A stretch of 64,000 bases of DNA from Trichinella spiralis. Its lineage: Eukaryota. Below, one piece after another: positions 1 to 13,514 of the stretch. Position 1 is the first letter of the stretch; each line of letters begins with the position of its first letter. The notes beneath the pieces were generated by a model. It ran no database searches. It was not told where the DNA came from and saw only the letters and a list, made by a program, of their open reading frames with translations. Where the stretch lies: NCBI RefSeq assembly GCF_000181795.1, contig NW_003526945.1, forward strand, positions 2,343,930-2,407,929, in the 5' to 3' direction. The position numbers and the translations under genes are program-made.

Positions 1-700
1 AATACCATGGCAGTTGCCCAATAATTTGATATATATGTGAATTATTAATCTCATACATTGTAATGATGGCTAACCCTGGGCGACTACGTATTTCTACTAA
101 TTATGCAAATCAGCATTGCATCGTTTTCACTGCGCGAAAAATAAATTTCAAAATAGCCACACATGTGGGAAATACATCAGTGAAACTTTAATGAAATGAC
201 AAAAGATGGGTAAAACGGAAATTGGGATGCAAATGGGAAATATTTTACTTTTCCCAGGCAAAAGTTAAACAATTATAAATGCTTTCGTTTTTGATTCGCG
301 GCAATTTAGTGATTTACTTAGCAGCAGTAATTTTGTAAATTTAATTCAATTGATCGAAAAAAAATATACATTAGTGAAAATCTAACAGGTTTGATGCCTA
401 AAATGTTTCATGTGCAGAAATTGGCGGTCATTCCGGCCGTTGGAAGACAGTTATTGATGGGCGGCTTCCCTATGTATTAAATACGCCGACCTTCATGTTT
501 AGAACCCTCATATTTCAAATCTGCCGTGCAGTTTAAAGTTAAACTCTCCAAAGCACTATCTTTCATCATTATAAATGTATAGCAATCAAAAATGTCTAAA
601 TTTTGAAAACAGAATTTTCGCCGATTTTCGCAAAAACAAGCAGCTCTATATAGCCCATGAAAATTTGCAATTTTTGAAAAAAGTTTTTCTCTCTTAAAAT
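1..700. repeat. Copy 1 of a diverged ~1.34 kb-period tandem repeat (probably begins before the window)
   Basis: Colinear blocks shared with 1341-2012, e.g. ccctgggcgacta..ctaattatg(c/g)aaatcagcattgcatcgtttt (~74 vs ~1418), tctaacag..aaaatgttt.atgtgcagaa.ttggc (~381 vs ~1697), gccgattttcgcaaaaacaa (~620 vs ~1937). Indels break reading frames. Confidence 0.85.
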
Positions 701-1340
701 TAAGGAAGTTAATTTTTGTCCGTAGAGTATTATTCGCTAAATACTATAAAATTCTCCGAAACGCTCATGATTGCGTATTTCTTGATAAATACTAAAAACC
801 GAGTAACTTAGAAAAAGATTTTGTCAAATCGAAATAAAAGAAATTAAAAATGAAAGTTAAATGAATGTGCATACGGAATGGTGTCATTAATTTTAACAAC
901 GAAACTACCAATGTTTTCACCTGTAAAAAGCAATTTATTTTAATAAGAATTGTTCCTGATTTTCATTGAAGATACAGGAACTTTCAAAATTAAAAATCTT
1001 TGTTCACTGAATATTATTGTATTATTAAAATTCACAGATTAGAATTTTTCAAGATTTTCTCATTAGAAAGCGATATGTTTTCAATATGAATATAAATTGA
1101 ATATTAAATACAAATAGAAATTGAAAATGAATATAAATTTTAAATGCTCAAACCGGAAACTTTATCAAATTTCTCAATACATCATCAATTGCAGCTTTTT
1201 GAAATTTACATACCTATAACTGGCACACAATTGCTTGCACTGATCATAAAATTATTTTACAATATGCCGTAATTTCTGAAAAGCGTGGAATGAGTTTCAG
1301 CGTTCAAACTGCCGGATACTTCTGAAGATTCGAATAGATG

Positions 1341-2012
1341 AATGCCATGCATGAGCCCAAAAGTTAGAAATGAATTGTGAATTTATGTAATTTCATAACA
1401 TTTGTAATGAAAGTTGACCCTGGGCGACTACATATTATACTAATTATGGAAATCAGCATTGCATCGTTTTTAATTAGCGAAAGTGAATTCAAATAGCCGC
1501 AAATTTGGTATAAATGGGAAGCTTGGTAATTGAAAAAGATGCTAATAGGGTCCGCATTCTATGAATTGTTTACTTTTTAGCAACGTAAACACTGAAAACG
1601 CTTACGTTTTGTTTCGCCGGAAATAATGATTATTTCACAGCTATAATATCAAAAATTTAATTCTATTAATCGTAAAAAACGATATATTAGTAAATATCTA
1701 ACAGATTCCGTGTCAAAAATGTTTGATGTGCAGAATTTGGCAGCCGCTTCTTCGGTTGAAAGAGAGTTACTGATGGCCAACTTTCCTACGTATTAATTTC
1801 CGCTGTACTTGAAACTTGGAACCCATTTATTCCATACCTGCTGGTTAGTTTGGATTGAAACTCTTAAACTGAAACTTTTTTTTAATATGAAACTATAACA
1901 ATCAAAAAAAGTCCAAATTTGGAAAACAATTTTTTTGCCGATTTTCGCAAAAACAACCAAGTCTATAGCTCATGAAATTTTGCAGTTTTCAGGAAAAACA
2001 TTTTCCTCCAAA
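1341..2012. repeat. Copy 2 of the diverged tandem repeat; possible non-autonomous transposon relic
   Basis: aatgccatg.. at 1341 aligns with aataccatg.. at 1. Similarity is clear to ~2012 and weak to ~2115. Confidence 0.85.
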
Positions 2013-2502
2013 AATGGACTTTATGGGCATCGGTAGATCGGAAATGCTTTCCGGAGTAAAATAAACATCTTCCCGACGTTCCTGGCTGCACAGTTCTCGA
2101 GATATGCACTAAACATTGGGAAGCATACCGTTGTATAAAGATAGGCAATATGCCAACTTCAAAGGCCATATATTCCACAACTACTGGGTCGTTTGCGTTG
2201 CAATTCTACAAAACACTATCTTTTATCAATATAAAACTATAACAATTTTATTACTGTGCGTATTTGTATGTATCTTTATTTCTTTTTCAATTATACCTGA
2301 TTTGCTTTCACTTTTTATATGAGTTTTATTTTCACAATTCTTGTTTAAGCAATTTTATTGGTCTGTTGCTATTTAGAAATGGTGTTTATTCAAAATGATG
2401 TTTTGATAACAAATGTGATGTATTATTCCATTTTTTCACTTCATAATTTTGAATTTTGTGACACTTCGTCTTCGCATTTTTACTGGAATAGTAACTGCAA
2501 TT

Positions 2503-2511
2503 ATAATAATG

Positions 2512-2576
<65 letters not shown>

Positions 2577-2590
2577 CGTAATAATAATCA
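2503..2590. repeat. (AAT)n microsatellite
   Basis: Near-perfect AAT run that produces the poly-N/I/Y spurious ORFs. Confidence 0.97.
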
Positions 2591-2903
2591 TAGTAATTGT
2601 TAATATATTGACCATGTGCATTTTGACTGAAATGACAGCTCGTTCTTTTTTTTTGCACCATTTCCAACTTTGTATAGGAAGGTTCCGCACTACTAAATAT
2701 AACGCAAAACATCAGTGCAACAATAATGGGAAACTATTAACACGTCTTGCACATGTGATGCTGAGTGTACAGGGTCGAAGTAAGATAATAGCTTGTGTTT
2801 CAAAAACTGAGCTAAAACTGCTGACCAGAAAAAGCAGCAAAGTGTCCAGTAGCTTCCCGTGTGCAATAAGTAGGAAAACTGGCTGTCATGTCTTTAGGAT
2901 GGA

Positions 2904-5761
2904 TTAAATTCGTTGCCGAGCAACACGGAGCAAAACCTGGCAGCCAGCTTCTCTGATGAAATTAACTGCCGATGCTTGATCAAGCACTGGTTGATAATTA
3001 ACAGCCAGAATGCGATCACCGAGCTGAAAACATTGATATTCGGTAAAAAAAATAAAACGCATATTGCTGATTGACAGCTTAATATGTGTACATGAAGCTT
3101 TCCGTCTACGAGCGAATTCGGCTGTACCGATGTAATCAGGATTCCTTTGGGTCTCTTACCAACGCCCATTCCCCAAGGTTGGTTTGAATTTTTTGTTAGC
3201 TGAACTTCAATGATGTCGTAATTGTTGTCATCCGTATCTGCAATTTGTGTTTTCCTGTCTAAATTATCGATCATGTGAGAAGAAGCGCAAAATAAATCAG
3301 TGCCATTTGAAAGTGCGGCTATTGTGAAATATTTTACATTAAGAAAATGATTTGTTTGCAAAAGCCTCTAAATTTTAACAATGCTTTCGAGCGAAATGAC
3401 ATACTTCTGTCGAATTTGAACGAGTGCCTTGAAATTCTATAGAAGCAAGATTTTTTATTGGATTCTTCTCGTGGACTGAGGGATTTGCTTCTACCTTCAG
3501 TTTTCATACTTGCTTCAAAACGGCCCTTATCCTTGCGACCACCATGAGTAGTGAATCGTCTGCTTGGTTCAGGAGATATTTTCATGCAGTTTAATAATGC
3601 CTGCGATGAAAAATTGTTCAGTAAAAAATACAATCAAATGCACTGCTACCGGTTGTGCTGAGGAGTCACTTGCAGCTGACAAAGCGGCAGCTGCACTTTT
3701 TGGCCTGGAAGATGTAACTTTTATTCTTCCTATCTTCAGTTTTACGATGCCAGTAGCAGTCTAAAGCAGCAACAGACAGTTAAGCAAAAAAAAAGGAAAA
3801 AGAACCAAATATTTGAATCAAACAATTTTCAACTTTCACGTTTCACATTTGATACTGTTATCTATCTATCATTAAGTGAAATTTATATTGCATGTACTTT
3901 CAACAAGGTCGCAGCTTCTTCTTGATAAGACGCTGTCAAATCTTTGCCATTGACGGCTAGCAATTGATCGCCTTGAAATAATCGCCCACTAGATTCAGCT
4001 ATACCTCCTTTCATCTGAAAAGCAATATTCTTTATCTTAATATAAATGCTTTAAGTTGTTTTACAGTAAATATCAATATGACTGAATAATACCATAAATA
4101 TTTACATATAACTCAATACAATTTTATGATATTGGCCTATAAAAGCTACAATCGACGTGATTTACAAGATGTTAAATTTACTCAACTATATAATAAATGA
4201 CAACTAAAATTATCAGTAAAAATAATTATTAATTTAATAATCCTATATATTACACATTGGTGAATAATGAATGTTCAACAATAACAATGCCACAACTTTT
4301 AAAAATCTAGACTTTTATAAATCTAAATTTGCTAAATGCGGACGCACTGGACATTTTAATTTTAATATACATATGTATATATATATTTATTTTAATAACC
4401 TACCACTTCTGCAATAAAAATGCCAGGTTCATGTTTTCGGCCAACAATGCTAAGACCAAGACCTTTCCCAGGTTTTTTATTTAGCTCCACTTCAAAGATG
4501 TCGTAAATGTTTGTAGGATCAAGCAAATTAATTTTCATCTTGGGATCACGATGAACAAGAAGCCGAACTTTGGAAGGCGTTTGTCTAAGCAAATTAATGG
4601 CAACTTCGTGCGCTGCATCACGAATAGAACGTCCGTTAACCTAAAAATCCACCAGTGTAAGAGTAACATTTTCATCGTATAAAAATGGTAAATGATCAAC
4701 AGTGCTTGCAACCTCAAGAATTTGGTCTCCTGCTGCTAATCTCCCGTCCATTGCTGCTGCACCATCTGGGTATATTTCATGAACAACAATACTGCCAAGG
4801 ATGGTGTCAGAACCGCCGACTAAACTTAAACCAAGACCTTTTCCAGATTTGTCAATTTCAATCAGAGTTTCACATCCTTGCACTATTGAATCTGTAGCTG
4901 GATTAGATGCACTTTTCAACGATTTCGTAGACTGTGCTACAAAAAAATATAAATAAATAAAATCACCTGAAAATACAGTTTTGTATTTTCGTACTCAATG
5001 CAAGTGGAATAAATTAACATGTAAAATCTTAATTCCAACTTAGTTACTTCACATGATCGACAAAAGCTATCATACTGTTTGACGTCAATATTATTATTAA
5101 AATATGCAAAATTAGCTGCTCAGTGGAATTGATATCGAATATTTCTATCACAGATTTTTATTTGCTTATGTTCTGCTGCTTCTTTTCCAGTCCAGCCAAG
5201 ACTGATAATACTGTTACGCACTGCATTTGGTAGAAAAGTTTGCAATAAACTACAAGCAATGAACATTGCATGCACACTGATTATTTAGTTTTATAGAACC
5301 AAGAATGTAAAATTAATTTATAAATTGAAATTTGTATCAACTGATGTGCAAAATACATTGTTTATACAAAAAGCACAAATGAAATTGCTTATACACATAT
5401 GACTTATAAAAATTGTTTGCAAAAAGAAAAAACGGCTGAAAAGCGCAGTAAAATAAAAGCAGCGAAGCTTACCTGCCACAGTAGTGGATCCCGTTTTGGA
5501 AATCTGCTCGCTGACGTCAGTTTTTTCTGCGATTGGTTTTACATCAGTTGTGCGAGCATATTTGGAATGATGATCACAAGCGAAAGTCGTGTGCGTTGAA
5601 GTTTCAGCGTCCATCGTAATGGCTGCAGGTGACGTGTCCTAAAATAATTTGAATTTAATAAAAGAAGCAGAAGAAATCACAGCAGAAAATCAATCATTGT
5701 GAAGAACAATTACAACATTCAACACAATTCATGACGTCCTGACGATCATCTTTACTCAATC

Positions 5762-5803
<42 letters not shown>

Positions 5804-8800
5804 GAAAATATCTCGACTTTCTATGGTCAGAACTACTACTAAATAAAATCTTATTGAATTTTCATTCAATTTATGCATTTCTGCTAAAAGGAAAAAGGAA
5901 GCAATTCAATTTTAAATTAAATGTAACGCTATAAAGGTTAGTAACATTTAAATAAATAAATAAATAAATGTTTATGCATGCGTGTGTGTGTGTGTGTGGG
6001 ATAAACCATGCGCATGACAGAAAATTATTTATATTATTTATAAAAATGTTTCCTTCGGTCGTTACTTGCTTGCAAACGCAGCAAGCGCCTGGGTCTGTGT
6101 ACTTTCAAAATCTCCGCAAAGTTGTAATAATAATCGCTGTAATAATAAACAAAAATCAGGCGCAGAAACGTCAGTTGTTCAGTTTAGTTCATTGTTCAAA
6201 TGCTCATTTTGTGAATGTGATGCAAATGTTAAACATTTCAGTCGAACAATATACAAAAAAATTTACAAAAGAATCATTTAAAATTCACAACAAATACAAA
6301 ACCCAAAGGTATTTACTTTGAACTGCTTCCATTGTAGGAATAATTTTGCTTTATTGATCTTCTGTTATTTTCTGATAGAAGAAAAATCCTATCCAAGAAT
6401 TTTAAATTAAACAGACAGTCAAAAAGAAAGAAAAACTAACAGAACAACGTTAAACAATATGAGAAAAAGATGTTGCATGAATATTTATTTCAAAATTGCA
6501 AAGAATACAACAAAATGATAAACGAACAGCCAACGACTGACAAATAATACCTACACGTGAACGGTTCTGATTGTGTGTAAAAATGGAAATTAACAGTGCA
6601 GCTTTTGAGTAGAAAGGCAAAGTTTGAAACACAGAACATGCCTGCCTTGTAATGCAATTGAATATTTTACGACAAATCAATACAGAAATTTCTAAGCTAT
6701 CCAGATTGGGCTATTAAATTTCATTAAACTTCAGTTGCAATCAGCTGTTCAAGAGAGGATCTTTTCAATTGCTGATGCATTTTCATTTGCCGGTATGCGT
6801 GTTGTCACACAATTTCTTTTACGTTTCTCATTCACACTCTTCAATATGCATTACTATTATCAAATTATTTAAATTACGCAGACTGGGTTTGATTGAATTT
6901 AACATTTAATAAATTTCATCATATTCCATCCAGACGATCCATTGATAGTATATAAAATTATATAAAACTGATTAGCATAGAAAAAAGAAAATTCTCCAAA
7001 AACTCCACGCGTAATACTTCCCAGATCATTTATTATAATGCACCATACCATACAAGAAATTCACAATTTGAAATTTGACAATAAAATATTTTGGAAAAAT
7101 TTCTACCATAAATAATAAGATATAGGATGTGCTGAAAAAGAACTTTTCAAGCCAACGAAATACAATTTCATGATTAACAATGCAAAAATATTTTTTTTTC
7201 TACTCTCTCATTTCAATCACTCTGTGACTTTTGGTAGTATATCTTTCCTAATAATCATTGTCATTTATCGAAATGTCCATCAGAAGTTTTTTTTTCACTT
7301 TCCTAATAGTAAACTGATTACAATGTTCTAATCAATGTTAGTTACCCTATGTGATGTTAAAATATTTGACGCTTATTGACTATTAAAATATTGCATTTAA
7401 AATTACAATTAATAAAATGTACATTAAACAAAAATCCAAAGCAACTGTTCTATTTTTTGATTAATTGATTGACTGATTGCTGGAATGTTCATAAAATGAT
7501 ATGTTTGAGAGAATATAAGAATTGAAAAAAGAAGGCAGAATAACAATATTTAAATAGGCTAATAAAAACTCATTTAAAAATCATGAATTGCAGCATTTGC
7601 TGACATTTAGCTAAGGAATATAACACAATTGCAGACACACACACACACATACCAGTGATGTAATATTATTGAAACGATTTCAATTTTAATTCACACAAAG
7701 CAGCCGGTACTGAGGCACGTCATCATCATTACTACGTTCAAACGGTGATCAATAATGCATCGTTTATCATTCAACAGTATGCAAAAGTAACTCGCCGTAT
7801 TTAAAATTTTTTATAAATTTTATAAAATTTAAATGTGATTGATTCAAAGAATAAATAAATTGAAAATACAGTTTTCATTCAATGAGTGAAACATGAAATT
7901 TTCACTGTGAAAATAACGTGAATATTAGTTAATTTGTCTAGTTGGAGAAAGAGCTTTTACAAGAAATTTTATTTCAGTTTGAAAATTATATTACTTAATT
8001 TAAAATTGATTAGAAAATGAACAAATAGCAATTTTAAAACTACAACTGCAATTTGACAATTTTTAACAAATCATTTTTGCTAAAGCACGTACGTACGTGT
8101 AAGTGTTGTAAAATATATCTACATCTAAACAACAAATAGTGGGGTTTCGATTAAGAAAAAAACAATCCCAACAAATATTCCATGAACTGCTTTAGCTCCA
8201 ACTTTAGCTCGGAGAATTTATTTTTTTTTAACTAATAATATAAAAACTGATCACTTTATTACTTCTTACTTGTTATTTGGAATAAAACAAATTACTTGAA
8301 TTTTCTAGAGAAGAACAAAATGAATTGAAAAAAAGTTCAATAAATAAATAAATAAATAAATAAATAAAATGAACTTTTGTGTTGACTGGAGTAGCGCATT
8401 TATCTTGTAAAATGATATTCACACAACTTGCCTGATGATTCTCTCGATATAGTTGAATAAAATTGAACAGTTTTAAAAAATTACTTACCTCGTGTTGAGA
8501 TTGCTTAGAAAAGGAAAATTCAGCATGTGGATCAGATACTTTGCGTAAAACGTCTCCACTGGGTTGCATCTTGGCAGGATCAATGGCTAAATCTGCCGCG
8601 CCGTTGGGACGTCTAAAAAAATGCATAATTATTATTAATAGCCAATTTGTAGTTGAAGTTTAACACAAAAATAGAAATCGAATTCACCGAAGCACAACAA
8701 GTCGTACAATTGAACTCGGTCGGTTCTTAATAATCGACGAAGCATTCAAATGGCTTCGACCATGAATGACCACGTCATCAACCTGAAATCGGAAAAAAAA

Positions 8801-11800
8801 AGAAACGTTTAAAATCATGCGTTATGGATGACAGAACAAACTATACAAAGCTGTTTGACGCAAGTGGGGAAAAAAATACTTGATAAAGTGAAAAAAATGA
8901 AAAATTTAAAAGAGGAAAACTACTAAGCAAGCCGACCTGCAAAATTTCGTCACCAATTGACAGTTTGCCTTGACGAAAAGCTTGAAAAGCGGCACTGTTT
9001 TCATCATCAATACCAGCAATAAGTACGGATACTTTCGACCGATCCTTGTTACCGACCAAAGCAAGTCCAAGTCGATTGTCGTTAGCTTTTCTTAATTCAG
9101 TTATATGCAATTCACCGTTCAATTCACCGAAACGTTCCAAAAGTTCGTCGTCTACAAATTCATATTCATTGTTGAATTTATTGGATATTAAAAAAAAAAA
9201 ATTTTTTTCTACGTGAACAGAAAGAAAGAGAAGCTTCACAAAATATGAAAATTAATAAAAATAGAAAGAGAAATGAAAATAAAACCAAGTAGACTGAATA
9301 AATAAATTTTCAAGCTTTACACACAAGCACAGACCTAACAACAACTGGTCGTCTTTAACTGACATTGTAGGTGCTTTCACAATACATTCGCCGTTAGTTG
9401 ACAGTTGTCGAGCTTTGTCATCATTGCATAAATCATCAACGGGCATCGTCGTGTTATCCGGTGAATTATCCAATACATGCTGTACTGTAGAAAGTTGTGA
9501 TCTCTGTTCAGAATCGATGCTTGCATAACAACGTGAACCAGTCGACGACTTGTTGCTATTTTTCCAATTGTCAATATCAATCGAAGATGACGTCATCTTT
9601 TCTTGGCTACCAGGCTCTTCTGAAGAATATGCTTGATTGTCTTGTGTTTGTCCAGTTTGTGCATTTGGCTCGTTTTCAGACGTTGATGACAAATGAGGCT
9701 GCAATAAGATCCGAATTCAATAAACACCAATAAGATAAAAAATAAAAAGCACAACTAGCAAACGTATTTATACCATCAAACAACAATGCATGCAAATGTG
9801 AACTGAATAGCTGTTGATATATAGTAACAGTAGTCAGTCGATTTCTTTTCTTTTTTAATATCTTTTTAAAGATCACTTTTCCAAAACTTAAAAAAAAACG
9901 ATAACTGCCCCAATAAAGTGTTTGCTCAGTAAATTCACTAATGGAAGAAATTTCCAGCTCATGAAATACTGTTTGATTAGATTGGAGGAGTGGTTGGGGT
10001 TGACAATCGGTTGTGATGGAAAACGAATACCATGCTAATTGATCACTTTCATCGGTAAGCAAATTATCAATTGCACAGAAGTAACGTGCGTTTAAAAATG
10101 CTTTTTATAATATTTGAAGAATAAAAAAAACGAACGTGTTCAAACTTTCAGTAATACTAACAAACAAATACTGTAATAGCAACCTTTTGATTTTGAACTA
10201 ATTTGGAAAAAGAATAAATAAAAGCGATTCGACAAAATTAAATGAAACAGCAAAATCGAGACAAGAAATAAAATTTTTCATGATATTATTTAAATCGATG
10301 CCGTCGATTTTGAAATCATTGTTCAATGCAAACTTTTCCAATGTTCAAATTGTAAGCTGAACGTAAACAATGCATCATCAGATCAATTTATTATCATATC
10401 ATGGCAGCAATACGAAATCAAACATTTGCACTAATGAATGACTTTTCACAATTGTTCAACAACCTCTAATCCTGCATTGTTGCTGTAAAATTTGAAATAA
10501 TCAAAGAATCGATGCTTTATTTAAAATATCCTCGAAAAGAAAATCAGTCCAACTCCTTTCACTGTGCAAATATTTTTCTAATTATTCATTTCTACTCGAT
10601 GCAATTATTCAAGCCAAACTCATCTGTTTCATGCTTAATGTTTACATTTTAAATTTCTTGAAATAATATATATGATCAATTCGCTTTTCCATTTTACAAC
10701 AAAATCACATTACACGCGCTTGATGGAAAAACAAAATTACAAGGCATCAAAGTAACATAAAGAATGCTCAATCAATATAATTATAATGAAAAGAATTGTT
10801 TGATAAAGCAAATCACATTTCATTTCAATAAAAATGTTACAAAAATGTAACATTTAAAAAACTGTGATGATCTTTCAGAATTTCTGAACTGAAATGTAAA
10901 ATATATTAAAGAATATCCTTTATTTTACAAACAAATTCATCATTTCCATTAAATTAATGAAATGCAGTTTGACAATATTAAATTTCACCGACATTATTTT
11001 CAGACTTTTAAATATTAACCGTAATTTTGGAATTATTACCAACTGGTATCATTTGTGAGTAAAAAATCAATTACATGTCATCGTATTTGAAAACATCATC
11101 TTTTAGTATTTCACTTATATTACTGAATTGAAATTAATAAATTAATCAGCATTGCAAATTATTTTTCGTTGTCGTCATTATTATTATTTTATATTATTTA
11201 TCAAGATAATTAAATTTTCAAAACAATAAAACCATAATGGTTCATATACCTCTTGCAAAGTATTATTTTTGCAGAGTTGCTTTTCAAATTGTATGTGACT
11301 TATCAATATGATCATTATCAACCAACAATATGATGAAATTAATTAACTGAAAACAATAAAACTGCCAATTACCCAAGCAAAACTGAAGCTCTCTAAGATG
11401 AGCAACACCGGACTTTCTGCATGACGAATAATATGGACGCACTCTTCATGTGGCCGGTTGATTAGGCTAATACCGTTCACCTGAAAAATAACATAAAAAG
11501 CATGAAATTATACTTCCCCCAAAACTACGTATGGATGTAACTCAATTGAAACTCACACTAAGAATACGGTCACCGATTTTAATTTGATTGCACTTCTGAG
11601 CAGCACTATTCGGTAAGACACTTTTGACAAAGACACCAGAAATTACAAACGGCTTAACATTGTCACCTTGCATAATTTCAATTTTACCGCCAACTATGCT
11701 AATACCCAGATATTGGTCCTTGTTGCGATGGATTTCGACAATTTTGGTTACAGGTTTCAGTTTGGCAATGCCCAATTCAGCGGACTGATTTTCAGCGTAT

Positions 11801-13459
11801 CTATTTTTATCATTGTCCAGTGTTTCCAAATTTTGCACATTTTCTTCGCTTTGCTGTTCAGTTGCTTCATCTGCAACTTCACTACTTCCAATACCTGTAC
11901 CGACAAAAGGCAATTGTTGTTCGTTGTTGGTTTTGTTTTTTTCCAACAAACTTCTATCGCTTGGTAGATTTGAATTGAAAATTTCCAATTTATCGGATAA
12001 AATTGGAATTTGGTAACTTTTTTCCACAACCGAAGGCAATTTCTGTGGATCTTGTTGTTCATCAGATGTTGTCAGTTGCAGATCAGTTGAAGAAAGTTGT
12101 TCACCGTTGGCAGTGTCTATTTTATCACCAAATGAATATTCTCTTTGATAAGTAACTGGGCAACTGATTGCCGTTGCTAATGAAAGTGAAGAATTTGCCG
12201 ACTTGATCCCACTTTCTGATACAGCTATTTCGGACAATTCCAAACTTTTGCTTGACAAATATGGAGATCTACAATTCAGCGTCGCATAAATTTTTATACA
12301 TGAAAATCCAATATATTATTGAACTTTTTTATAACAAAAATTTGAACGGACTATTTGAACCAAATTAACCGAAACAAATACGATGAAAACTATAAAGTAA
12401 TAATGGAATGGTTCATTTGCATGCATTTTTATAAATCAACAAATCAAAAGTTATTATAACAAAAATCGACAAAAGTTTCAAGAATGTAAAATATTTAAAA
12501 AGTACGAAATGAAAGGATTTTAATTTTTAACACAAAATATGATATAAAACTTGGACACTTGGATAAAGAGAGCAACAATTGGAAATCGTAAAAATGTAAA
12601 ATCCACATAATTCAAACAATGTAAATCCAAAATAATAACAATTTATGCAACCACTACAAAAAAGCTAACTACTCGTGCATTAACTTCAATTAAATACCTC
12701 TGCCACAATGCTACACAAATAGAATAATTTTAAAAATATGCTTTGCTTATCTTACCTGTAATATTCGGGAAATTTCCTAAAAATATAAAAATATCATTTA
12801 TAATGTTAAAGAACAGTATTTCAGTACAACAAGAAATTTGAAACAAAATCAGCTTTTAATTCAAATTTAAAAAACATTTCAACTGCATGTTGAATTTCAG
12901 AAATAATTGATTTTGACCACAATTAAGATAATTTAAATGTTAAAAAAGTTTTGCATTATGCAGCTTGCACATGCATGATTTGTTATTCAACAGCTGCTTG
13001 GCAGATGAAAACTATTCCCTCGAAAACTGAACAGACTTATATCCGAATAAAAAAATATATATTCATCTATATATTCAACATTCAAAAATTACATTACAAT
13101 ACACCATTTCCGATGAGACAATTTGAAGTTTTGTGATATTATAAGATATATATAACAGAAATCATTTTTATGTTTTACCTATATAATGCGCAAATTTCTG
13201 AATAAACTGATTTAGAATTATTTTCATTAGAGACGCAGTTGAAGCAACAAATATCCGTCTCACAATGATTAATGGACAACTGAAGATGGAATTATTACAA
13301 GCTTTGTAATTTCTGGATTTAAAAAAATGTTTCAAAATTTCCGACTTGCATTGCAGTTGATAAGTTGAAAAAATACACGCGATGCGCAACAACTGCTGTT
13401 GGCATCAGTGTAAATCCTATGCTGAGGATTCGACAAGCAGCGAGCGCGCATACAAGCAT

Positions 13460-13514
<55 letters not shown>

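Noticed and set aside
2358..2907. ORFs with poly-N, poly-I and poly-Y
   Set aside because: Translations of the (AAT)n microsatellite.
10913..10922. ATATCCTT motifs resembling U12 5' splice sites (also ~61022)
   Set aside because: On the strand opposite the host gene or intergenic; the introns I assembled are GT-AG without the U12 consensus.
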